A DNA stretch of 64,000 bases from a virus, in the IMG/VR virus record IMGVR_UViG_3300045988_101018, positions 1-64,000 of that record. One strand, written 5' to 3'. A program made the translations under genes and the position numbers. Each line of letters begins with the position of its first letter. The first letter of the stretch is position 1. This document shows, piece after piece, positions 20,880 through 31,200 of the stretch. Below the pieces are notes generated by a model that worked only from the letters and a program-made list of their open reading frames with translations, made no database searches and was not told where the DNA came from.

Positions 20880-21269
20880 ATGGCTGAAAAGATTAATGCT
20901 ACGTGTGCTATTTGCGGTAAAGGCTATCATCTGTGCATGTCATGCAAAGATATGATTACCTTGACTCCTTGGAAGAAGCATACGGATACATCTGAGCACT
21001 ATAAGATTTATCAGATTATTCACGGCTATTCTACTAAGGTATATACGAAGGCAGAAGCTAAGGCCAAGCTTAAGAAGGTTGACCTATCTGATTTTGATAT
21101 TCTTAGAGATAATATCAAGGCCGTTATTACTGATATTATGGGCGCTGATGTTACTACTCCTGCTAAAAAGGTGACTAGAACCAGAAAGCCCAAGACGGTT
21201 GCTAAGCCAGTTGTCGAGCCTGTTATCAGCGATCCTGATGTTGCTGATGAGGTTTCTGCTGAGCAGTAA
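20880..21269 (+). CDS. Hypothetical protein with a Cys-rich zinc-binding motif (CAICGKGYHLCMSC)
   Basis: RBS AAAGGCGG. ORF on the same strand. Confidence 0.3.
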   Translation: MAEKINATCAICGKGYHLCMSCKDMITLTPWKKHTDTSEHYKIYQIIHGYSTKVYTKAEAKAKLKKVDLSDFDILRDNIKAVITDIMGADVTTPAKKVTRTRKPKTVAKPVVEPVISDPDVADEVSAEQ

Positions 21270-21415
21270 TTCGCTTGGTATGTTATTGTGTGAATGATGT
21301 TAAAAAATATGAATAGAAAGGGAAATGTTGTTCACTTGTATGTGTTTGATATTTCCCTTTTTTTTACGTGACAAAGAAATGTGTAGAAATATGAAGTTTG
21401 AATGGTGGTAAAAAT

Positions 21416-21622
21416 ATGTTGCAGCATAGTGACGTTACTGGCAGAGACTTCTATGATGAAGAAGCTGTGTATTTTAGAAACCTAGTTCAGTCTAGTTTCT
21501 ATATCTCACATGGCGCGACTATTCTAGATGTATTTGCTGATTCTGTAGGAAAGATTGTTTTTGTCTTTCCGCGAAATGAACATGACGCTCTTATTAAAGA
21601 GTGGATGGACAATAAGAAGTAA
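21416..21622 (+). CDS. Small hypothetical protein
   Basis: ORF with an RBS. Confidence 0.25.
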   Translation: MLQHSDVTGRDFYDEEAVYFRNLVQSSFYISHGATILDVFADSVGKIVFVFPRNEHDALIKEWMDNKK

Positions 21623-21642
21623 TTCGGTATTTGGTGATATAT

Positions 21643-22173
21643 ATGTCTAATGTCGGCAAGGTCTTTGAAAATGATTTCAAGAAATCTGTTAATTCTCAGC
21701 ATTTATTGATAAGATTAAATGACCCCCCTCAATCATTTGGCGGTGGTACTGCTCGTTTTAGTATTAAGAACCCATGTGATTATCTTCTGATGGATACCAA
21801 GCATCGTGCCCTTGTGTGTTTGGAGCTTAAAACCACGAAGTTCAAAAGCATCAGTTACGAAGATGTTAATAGTGATGATAATAAGAGCCGCATGATTCAC
21901 AAACATCAAATCTCTGGCCTTACTAAGTTTTCTGAATATAACTGCGTTGAAGCTGGGTTCCTCTTTAACTTTCGTGACGAGAAGAACGCTTGCGAAAGAT
22001 GCTACTTTATGAGAATTGAAGATTTTAATAATATGGCAAAGAACAGCGATAAGCATAGTTGTAATGAGCTTGATATCTTGACCAATGGCGCTATTAAAGT
22101 ACAAGGCTTAAAAAAGCGCACTCGATATACATGGGATATTGATTCTCTTCTTGATGTTATTGCTGAAAAATAA
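21643..22173 (+). CDS. PD-(D/E)XK nuclease-fold protein
   Basis: 'DYLLMD...LVCLELKTTK' fits the D...E-x-K catalytic motif. Confidence 0.35.
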   Translation: MSNVGKVFENDFKKSVNSQHLLIRLNDPPQSFGGGTARFSIKNPCDYLLMDTKHRALVCLELKTTKFKSISYEDVNSDDNKSRMIHKHQISGLTKFSEYNCVEAGFLFNFRDEKNACERCYFMRIEDFNNMAKNSDKHSCNELDILTNGAIKVQGLKKRTRYTWDIDSLLDVIAEK

Positions 22174-22255
22174 TTTTAACAAATAAATATATATGCTATA
22201 ATAGCACGTGTATTATAATCTAACTGAAAAGTTTGAATGTTCAGGAGGAAGAAAT

Positions 22256-22918
22256 ATGAATAACGAAACTAAGACTGGCGTGTATACTTTTGATGGTGAA
22301 GACACTCCTTTTGCTTTTTATACGTCTCTAAGCGCATATCGCAAGGCGCAGTTTGTAAACTCTGTCAGCGATATTCTGGTTGGTGATAATTATAATTATG
22401 TGATTCGAGATTTGGCTTTTGATTTCTGTATTGTTGCTATCTTTACAGATATTGATACGTCTGATGTTCAGGATGCCGATGATGGCATTACTGCAATGGA
22501 AGAGTTTGTTGAGAAGTTTAAACCTGTTGTTGATATCGTAAAGTCAAACTCTGTTGATGGTGTTCTTGATGAGCTACATACCGCTATTGATTTGAATATT
22601 GAGTATCGCACTGGTATTCATATTAATCCTATCTCCTCTAGTCTTGCAAGTCTTCTTGACACCATTGAGCGTAAGGTTGATGATATTGATTTGGATAGCA
22701 TGATGGATTTAGCTCAGTCTATGTCTGGTATTTCTGATGAGCTTACCGCAGATAAGCTTCTTGATGCATATGCAAAGACTAACATTTTCAAGGAACATTG
22801 GAATAATGATGTTGCCGATGCTGTTGATGATAATAAATTTTCAGTAGTTTATGGCGGCACTGATGTTGAAGCAGACGCAGAGGTTGCCACCCCTCCCCTC
22901 TCTCCTGCCACTGAGTAA
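22256..22918 (+). CDS. Tail assembly chaperone candidate (acidic)
   Basis: RBS AGGAGGAAG. Acidic composition. Position upstream of the tape-measure gene. Confidence 0.35.
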   Translation: MNNETKTGVYTFDGEDTPFAFYTSLSAYRKAQFVNSVSDILVGDNYNYVIRDLAFDFCIVAIFTDIDTSDVQDADDGITAMEEFVEKFKPVVDIVKSNSVDGVLDELHTAIDLNIEYRTGIHINPISSSLASLLDTIERKVDDIDLDSMMDLAQSMSGISDELTADKLLDAYAKTNIFKEHWNNDVADAVDDNKFSVVYGGTDVEADAEVATPPLSPATE

Positions 22919-22932
22919 TCGGTGAATTTTGT

Positions 22933-23412
22933 ATGCCGACATTTAGTTCAGCAGCCGAATTGAAGGCTTATATTTTAAGTAGAAGTTACACGGCTGTTAA
23001 TAAAGCTACCAATACAGCTCATGACATTCTTGAAGAAAAAGTTGATGCATTTTACGCAAAAGAGCCAATGTATTATTTAAGAACAGATAGACTTCGTAGT
23101 TCATTAACAAATCCAGTTGTGACTGGTTCTGGTAACGGAGTTGAAGGCGAAGTGCATTTTGATGAAGGCAAACTTGATTATAGACAAGGACTAGTACCAA
23201 TTAAGAACCCACCGCTTCCAAATGGTTATGAAGAAGGATGGGCTGAACATAGTGGTATAGATGTTTTAAATGCTGCAATGACTGGCGCTGCTGACAAATT
23301 AAATTGGACAAACGGTACTGCTATTTGGAATGAAAGCGTGCCAACACTTCGGGATAAAATGTATGATGAAATAAAAAAAGATTTGATTGCTGCTGGCATC
23401 CCAATTAGTTAG
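22933..23412 (+). CDS. Hypothetical tail protein of 159 aa
   Basis: ORF followed by a terminator. Confidence 0.3.
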   Translation: MPTFSSAAELKAYILSRSYTAVNKATNTAHDILEEKVDAFYAKEPMYYLRTDRLRSSLTNPVVTGSGNGVEGEVHFDEGKLDYRQGLVPIKNPPLPNGYEEGWAEHSGIDVLNAAMTGAADKLNWTNGTAIWNESVPTLRDKMYDEIKKDLIAAGIPIS

Positions 23413-23432
23413 GATGCCAGCTTTTTTATTTT
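23392..23432 (+). terminator. Rho-independent terminator: GCTGGCATCC...GGATGCCAGC followed by T7
   Basis: 10-bp stem plus 'ttttttatttt'. Confidence 0.6.
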
Positions 23433-23455
23433 ACACGACAAGAAAAGGAGCGTCC

Positions 23456-24109
23456 ATGAGTGAAGGAATTAGTGAAAATTATAAAGTTTATAAACACACG
23501 CTACCCGTGGATGTCTCTGGCAAACAAAACGACATGGTATATATTGGCATAACAAGAAAGAAAAACGTAAAACAAAGATGGCTTAGTGGTCGTGGATATG
23601 ATTATAACTTACATTTTTCAAGAGCAATACAAAAATATGGTTGGGATAATTTTAGACACGAGGTATTGTTTGACGGTTTAAGTAAAGAAGAAGCCGAACA
23701 AAAAGAGATTTATCTCATTGCTTATTATAATTCTACTGATCCGAATAAAGGATATAATGTTGATTCTGGTGGAAATTCAACTGGGAAGCATTCTGAAAAA
23801 ACAAAACAACTTATTTCTCAAAAAAATAAGGGTAGGATTCACACAGAAGAAACAAGAAAGAAAATGTCGATAAGTCATATCGGTGTTAAAAAAAGTGACG
23901 AAACTAGAAAGAAGTTTTCTGATGCAAAATCTATACCAGTTGTTTGTGTTGAAACTGGTGTAGTTTACAAATCTGCATATGAAGCAAGGGATATTTTAGG
24001 CATCAACAACAGTACAATATCGAAGTGTTGCAGAGGAGTAAATAAAACCGCTGGAAAGTTAGACGATGGTACAAAATTGCATTGGGAATATTATAAGGAG
24101 GTGGCATGA
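23456..24109 (+). CDS. GIY-YIG homing endonuclease with C-terminal NUMOD-like DNA-binding repeats
   Basis: 'VYIGITRK...' GIY-YIG core with R, E and N 'GYN' residues. Repeated 'T/S..KK.S...G' units at the C-terminus. Confidence 0.6.
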   Translation: MSEGISENYKVYKHTLPVDVSGKQNDMVYIGITRKKNVKQRWLSGRGYDYNLHFSRAIQKYGWDNFRHEVLFDGLSKEEAEQKEIYLIAYYNSTDPNKGYNVDSGGNSTGKHSEKTKQLISQKNKGRIHTEETRKKMSISHIGVKKSDETRKKFSDAKSIPVVCVETGVVYKSAYEARDILGINNSTISKCCRGVNKTAGKLDDGTKLHWEYYKEVA

Positions 24110-25134
24110 TGGTGCAAAAACGAAACACGTTTAGGAAAGTTATTACTAGTGAGGAATTAGACGCTCAGATTAATCCAGAGAACATTAAATTGGCGGATAG
24201 ATTTTTGAAAAATTTTGCCACAAAAAGATCTCCCAATTCTGTAATTAGTTATAGGTCAAATTTACGAATGTTTTTCACATGGAATTTACTATACAACAAT
24301 AATAAGTTTTTTGTAGATATTCGCAAGATTGAGCTGATGGACTTCTTTGACTATTGTGTCACTGAATTACATCATAGCTCAAACCGTTTCTGTCAAATGC
24401 ACAGTTGTTTATCTAGCTTTAGTTCGTGGATTGAGAATTATTTTGATGATGAATATCCACTCTTCCGCAATTTATTGCCGAAGATTGAGAAGCCAGTAAA
24501 AGAAAATGTTCGGAAGAAAACTGTTCTTCAAAAAGAAGATATCGATAAGCTTTTTGCTTATTTTGAAGAGAATGATATGTATCAAGATGCATGTCTTCTC
24601 GCTTTAGCCATTTCATGTGGAGCGAGAGTTTCTGAGCTTGCTAGTTTTACTACCGATTTGATAGATGAAGACAATACTGTATTTGATGGTCTTTTTCTTG
24701 AAACCACCAGAGAGATTAAAACCAAGGGTCGTGGAGTAAACGGAAAGATGCTTAAGAAGTATATTTTAAAAGATACTTTTCTCCCCCGCTATCATAAATG
24801 GCTTGAAATTAGAAAAGGAATCATGGACGAACATGGCAAGGAACATGATTTTATTTTTATAACAAAAGATGGCGATCCAGCAAGCGCAGATAGACTGCGC
24901 GATTGGATGTCTAGGTGGAGCGATGTTGTTGGTCAGCCATGCTACCCGCACAACTTCCGCCACTACAACGTATCCTTCTTGAAGCGACTTGAACTTGAAG
25001 ATGATTTTATCGTTTATCTTACAGGGTGGTCTGAAAGCACTGGTCATAGTATGGTTGCCATATACAATGATATGACTGCTAAGGATCGTAAATGGAAAAA
25101 TCTCGATAAATTGAAAGCTGCTGTTGAAGGGTAA
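24106..25134 (+). CDS. Tyrosine recombinase (phage integrase / Xer family)
   Basis: N-terminal SAM-like core-binding region. 'GARVSE' (box I Arg), 'HNFRH', 'H...Y' (MVAIYNDM). Overlaps the GIY-YIG stop (ATGA). Confidence 0.6.
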   Translation: MMVQKRNTFRKVITSEELDAQINPENIKLADRFLKNFATKRSPNSVISYRSNLRMFFTWNLLYNNNKFFVDIRKIELMDFFDYCVTELHHSSNRFCQMHSCLSSFSSWIENYFDDEYPLFRNLLPKIEKPVKENVRKKTVLQKEDIDKLFAYFEENDMYQDACLLALAISCGARVSELASFTTDLIDEDNTVFDGLFLETTREIKTKGRGVNGKMLKKYILKDTFLPRYHKWLEIRKGIMDEHGKEHDFIFITKDGDPASADRLRDWMSRWSDVVGQPCYPHNFRHYNVSFLKRLELEDDFIVYLTGWSESTGHSMVAIYNDMTAKDRKWKNLDKLKAAVEG

Positions 25135-25177
25135 TATTTTAATTTAGTTTACGGAAACAATGAATTTGAATGTTACC

Positions 25178-25200
25178 GCACCTTGCAGGGTGCGTTTTTA
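25178..25200 (+). terminator. Terminator hairpin CGCACC-ttgca-GGTGCG followed by T5
   Basis: Read directly. Confidence 0.5.
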
Positions 25201-25228
25201 ATGCATTCCTTTAGTGAGGTGTATATAT

Positions 25229-28200
25229 ATGGCTGAAGAATTTAAAGTTAAGGTTGGCGTTGAGGTTGATACTGCTGGACTTGATGCTCAAATTGCAAAA
25301 ATTAAGCCTTCTAATAAAATTAAGTGCGATGTTGAACTAAATGACGCAAGTGTACAGCATATCGTAGACCAGTTAAATAATGGCATCAAGGCGTTTGGCA
25401 AAAACGGAAATGAGATAAAGTTCACTGCCGATGTCACTGGTTTAAAAAAAGATGTTGCTAGTGCTGTTAAGGGCGTGACTGGTAAGTCTGCTGCTAATAA
25501 TATAAAGGTTAATGCGGATACTGGTAATGCAAAAAAGGAATTGTCTGGACTTACTGCCGTTATTGAAAAATCTGAAAATGGTTTTGAAAAATTAAGAAGT
25601 CAACTTGCTGGAATGAAATTTAATAATTCTTCAATTGATGCATTTATGAAAGAATTGGAAAATTCTTTAGTTACCGTAGAAAAAGTTGATGCATCGTTTA
25701 AAGATGACCATACTTTTACATTAACAGTTAAAGGCGCAGATGAAGCAGAAAAGAAAATTCAAGCAGTTATAACAGCAAAAGAGAAGCTTGACGAAGAAGG
25801 CAATAGCACTGGCGTATGGAATACGAGTACGAAAGTTTCTCATAATCTCTACGATAGAGCCGCCGAAGAAAAGAAAGCTGCTGCTGCCGCTAAACAGGCC
25901 GCTGCTGAAGAAGCTGCCGCCGTTAAGCAGGCAAAAGCAGAAGAAGCTGCTGCCGCCAAACAAGCTGCTGCACAAGCCAAAGCTGCTGCACAAGAACAAG
26001 CTGCTGCTGAAAAGCAAGTTGCTGAAGCTGCTAGACAGGCTGCTAAAGAACAAGCTGCTGCTGCTCAAATTGCCGCTAATGCCGCTACACAAAGACAAAA
26101 ATTAATTGACACATATAAAGCTGAAAAGCAGTCTAAGGTGGATGTTGATTCTAAATATAACAAGATTAATAATCCATCTGAAGCTTTGACAAGGGCATAT
26201 AAGTCCTATAAGGGCGCGAAGAAAAATCTGTTTGATACTAAAAATTTTGCAGATGATGTTGTTGCAGTCAATCAGTATAATGCCGCATTAGAAACGGTAA
26301 AGAATCAATTGTCTATTGTGGCAAATAAAGAGAGAGATGCAGCTGCCGCTGCTAAGGCAGAAGCAGCTGCGCAAAAAGAAGCAGCTGCCGCCATGCAGTT
26401 AAGGGCAAAGGCAAATAATCTTTCTATGTCTATGGACGTATGGTTGCAAAAGAATTCTAAAGCTGCTAATACATTTGGAAGTCAGATTCGTAGTCTTCAG
26501 ATGGAGTTGAAATCTTGTGACGCTACGAGATTGAGTGGAATACGATCTGAGTTTAAAACCCTCACCATGCAAGCTGAGAGCACTGGTAAAACTGGCATGA
26601 GCATGGGTGACAGATTGAAGACGCAGTTCACAAAACTGTCTTCATATTTTGGCGCTGCTTCTGTTATTATGACTGGTATACAAGCGGTTAAAGAAGGATT
26701 TCAGAATGTTCTTGACGTTGACACAAAGTTAACAGAGCTTTATCGTGTAACTGATTTTACGTCTTCGCAATATTCTGATGTGTATGATACTTTGACCACT
26801 TCTGCTCAAAAATATGGCGCTACTCTTACCGATTTGATTTCTCAAACAGCAGATTGGAGCCGTGCAGGTTTTAATGACCCAGACACGGCGGCTGGCCTAG
26901 CTGAAGTTACATCTATTTATCAGCACATTGCAGATCTTGATGCCGATACTTCAATGGAGAACCTTTTAACTGCCTATAAGGGTTTTGAAAATGAATTGAA
27001 GGAAGCGTATGGCAATGATGCAGACGCCGCTGCTATGCATATTGCTGATATTTATAATGAGATTGACAATAACTATGCAACAACTGCTGCCGATATCGGC
27101 GAAGCTGTTAAGCGCTCTGCTTCTGCTTTGAGTCTAGCTGGTAACACTTTAGAAGAAACTGCTGGTATGGTTACTGGCATCACAGAAGTTACACAGGATC
27201 CAGAAAAGGCTGGCAACTCGTTAAAGGTTTTGTCGATGCGCCTTCGTGGTATGAAGGGTGAGTTGCAAGACCTTGGTGAAGAAACTGATGAAAATGTAGA
27301 GAATTTATCTCAGATGCAGGGTAAGGTTTTTAATCTTACACATGGAAATGTAAATATCTTTGATAATGCTGGTGATTTTAAATCTACATATGAAATTATG
27401 CAGGGTATTGCAGATGTATATGACGATTTGACCGACACTGACAAAGCAGACCTTCTTGAGACAATTGCTGGTAAGAACCGCGCAAACGAAGTTGCCGCAT
27501 TAATTCAGAATTGGGATCGTGTTGCACAAGCAACCGAGTCTGCTGAAAATTCTGCTGGTAGCGCAATGGCGGAGCAAGAGAAATATGCAAACAGTCTTCA
27601 GGGTAGGCTAAATTCATTAACATCTTCACTTCAAACAATTTCAAACACCGCTTTAGACTCTGGGTTTTTAAAGGGGCTTGTTAGCGGTGCCACAGAAGCA
27701 ATCAATATTCTTAATAAGCTTATTGATACATTTGGCGTTATTCCAACTGTTGTTGGCGCTGCGTCTGTCGCAATGGGCGTGTCTGGTAAAGGGATATTTA
27801 AAACAATTAAAGACGAGACTGGAAAGTCTCAAATAAAACTCAATGGTTGGGCAAAAAATATTGCTACGTCTGTAAAAAACGTTTTTTCTGGAATTAGTCA
27901 GGTATTTGGAGAAGTATTTGACAAAATAAATACAAAGTCGCAAGATGGCGGTAAGATTTTTAATTTTAATACTACTAAAATTAAAGGCGCTTATGGCGGA
28001 ATGAGCTTTGTTAACGGCCTTGATAATGATATTTCAAAGTTAAAAGAATTTAAGACTTTGATGAAAAGCCTGCAAGATGGGGCAAACGGAGGGCAGATTA
28101 ACGTAGGCACAGCCATAGAACAGAGTATGTCTGGTGCGTCAAATGCGGCTAAAGAGTTTGCAAAGTCTTGGGATTTGTCAAATGAAGCTCTTGGAGAGTT

Positions 28201-31200
28201 TTCTAAGAAACAGCTTGAAGCGACTGGTGTTATATCTAAAACATCGAGTTCGATGACAAATGCAAGAAATATTATTTCTGCTTATAACAATCTCGTTGAT
28301 AAAACTGGGCAGACTCAATCTAAATTTGCTTCGGCAATTTCTACATTTAATCCTCAGTTAGGTAATTATCTTTCTGGATTAAAAAATGGTGAAGCATCTC
28401 TTGCTGGTTATACTGTTGCACTAGGTAAAGCTGCGGTAAAGACCGTATTACTCCAAGGCCTTACGCTTGCGTTAAATGCGGCGTTAACAATGAGCATCAG
28501 TATGCTTGTTTCTGCTGGCGTTAGCGCTCTTATGAGCTGGATAAATCGTGCTGATGAGCTTGCAGATAAGGTTAAAGATGTAACTACTGAATATAATAAT
28601 CAGAAAAAAGAATTAAAAGATACAAAAGCTACTATAAATGAAGTTGCGGATTCATACGCCGAATTATCAAAAGGTGTTGACACGTCAACTAATGAAAACA
28701 TAAATCTTGATACAGATGAGTATCAAAAGTATTTAGATGTTGTTAATCAAATTGGCGATACGTTTCCTAGTCTTATTAGCGGATATGATGCACAGGGAAA
28801 TGCAATTCTCACTTGTGCTGGTAATGTTGATAAATTAACAGAAGCATATAATAAACTTGCAAAAGCTAATAATGATAAGATTTTAAATAATGCAGATGAT
28901 ATTACAGAAGATTTTAAAAATAAATCAAAAGATATTTTTAATGATGACAAGTGGAAAAAAAATAGCGTAACTGGCGCTGATAATAGATATCGTATTTATA
29001 AGAAATTTAAGGACTTAACAGAAAGTAAAAACATAGATAAGGCCGTTGATGGTTTAAGTGCAGCAAGCCTTGTTGGTGTAACTGACTTATTGGGTGCTTA
29101 TGGTAAAAAATATGACGAAAACGGCAAAGAGACAAAACAGGAATTTATATCAAGAACAATTAAAGAAAATGAAGACGTTGTAAACGAGATAATCACAGGA
29201 ACCGAAGCGTCATTAAAAGAAGCTTCTAGTGGGATGGTTGACATAGCCGAAGCGGCGCTTAGTAATGCTTTTATTAGTGGAAAATATAAAAATATATCTA
29301 GCAAGATGCAAGATTATATTAATGGCATTACATCGAATATGGATTATGAATTCTTTAATAATGATAGGATTAAGGGTAGTGCCGATAATCTTGAAGATTA
29401 TATCAATGATATGTTAAACACCATTAATTCACTTGATGATGGTCAGCAGAAGAAATTTGAAATTTTCTTTGATATGAAGTCTAAGCTTAATAACGGAGAT
29501 TGTACTGTTGGTGAATATGTCAAGAGTGTTAATGATGTTAAAAATGTTATTAAAAATAGTGGTCTTGACAAAGACATGCAATATCAGTTGCAAATGTCTC
29601 TTGGCATTAAAGATGATGATACGGTTAAACAGGTTAAAGACTTTAAAAAGAAGCTTATTAATGCTGGCAAAAGTGAAGATGTTGCAAATGAAATAGTTAA
29701 TGGCTTGACTAAAACAGAACTAGAAGCTGCTGTTAGCTTAAAGCTTAAATTAAAAGACATGAATGTCAACGACATCAAAAAAGCCATTGCAGACGAAGCA
29801 AAATATTTAGAAGCAATGGATTTTGATATTGATATAGCTGGTGAAACCGATAGTCTTGATAAGTTTAATTCCGCACTTGCAGAATCTAAGTCTGCTACTG
29901 GTTTAACGGCAGATTCAATAGACGCATTAAAGAGCCGCTATCAGGGATTAAAAGGCGCTGGGTATGATGCCGCAAAACTTTTCGAAGAAACATCTAATGG
30001 TGTTCGTTTAAATACACAAGAATATACTAAGCTTGAACAGGCATATGCGCAAGGCAAGCTCAAAGATGCTACTTCTAACTTAAAATATTTAAGAGATAAA
30101 TATAATGATCTTACTGGTCAAATTGCAACATGCACCGATGCTGAAGAGCGAGCCAATCTTGTTTCTAAACAAGAAGATATTCGTCAGAAAATAAATGATT
30201 TAGGAGAACTAGCAGCTCAATATGAGGGCTTAGCTTCTAAATATAACGCATGGCAAAATGCTGAATCTGCTGGTTCTGATAGAGACATGTATGAAAATGT
30301 CTTAAAGGGATTTGAAGAAGTTGACGATGAGCTTTCTCGTGGCTGGCTTGACGATGCTTCTAAGGCATTCATTGATATGTTCAGCTATGACCAGCTTAAT
30401 TCGATAGATGATTATACTAATAGATGGAAAACGCTTGGTAATACAATCGATGGCACAACCTATTCTGTCAAAGATTTCTTTACGCAGAATAAAGATGGTG
30501 AATCTACCAATGACGGTGTTTACAATTTCCTTGAAGCAGTAGACCAACTTGGACAAGGCAATATCAAGCGCGGTGAAAATGGCGAAATTATATCTTTTGA
30601 CTTTGGTGTTAACGGTGAAGAAGCAATCGCCAAGACGATGGGAATTAGTAAAGAGCTTGTCCAGATTATTGAACGCGCCGCCGAAGATGCTGGTTTCGTT
30701 ATCAATATGGATGGCACATATACTAATTTTGCAGATTTACAAAAGGCTGCTGTAGAATCAAATAAAAAGATAAATGAGCTTGCACAGTCTAGTGAAAAAT
30801 TAAAAAAGCTTGGACTTGACAATTATACATTCCACTTTGATTCAACTGACGCAGAGACGGTGTTTAACGACTTAAATAAAGCAAAGGAAATGCTTGACAC
30901 CTTCAGAAGAGACGATGGCACTATCGGCTTGAGTGTGGATGGCGCACAAGATGCATTAAATATTGCCAGTACATTACAAGCTGCTTATGATAAACTTGCC
31001 GACCCTGTTTATATGCAACTTGATGCAAGTCAAGTTGATGACAGTATGAAAAAGCCATTGCAGCTTATGCAGGAGTATCGGACTCAACAAAAGAAGTTAA
31101 ATCAAATGAAACTTCAAGGTGTAGATACTTCTGAAGTTGATAAGAGTATGAGCGATATTGTTGATAAGATTGCTAAACTTGATGATGATACAAAAGTTAA

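Noticed and set aside
22918-22933. A -1 frameshift linking the two genes upstream of the tape-measure gene (G/GT-type chaperone pair)
   Set aside because: The ORFs do not overlap, and I found no slippery heptamer. I treat them as separate genes.
25721-26105. Nested ORFs on both strands inside the tape-measure A/E/K-rich region
   Set aside because: They are low-complexity artefacts of the GCT/GCC/AAG repeat DNA.
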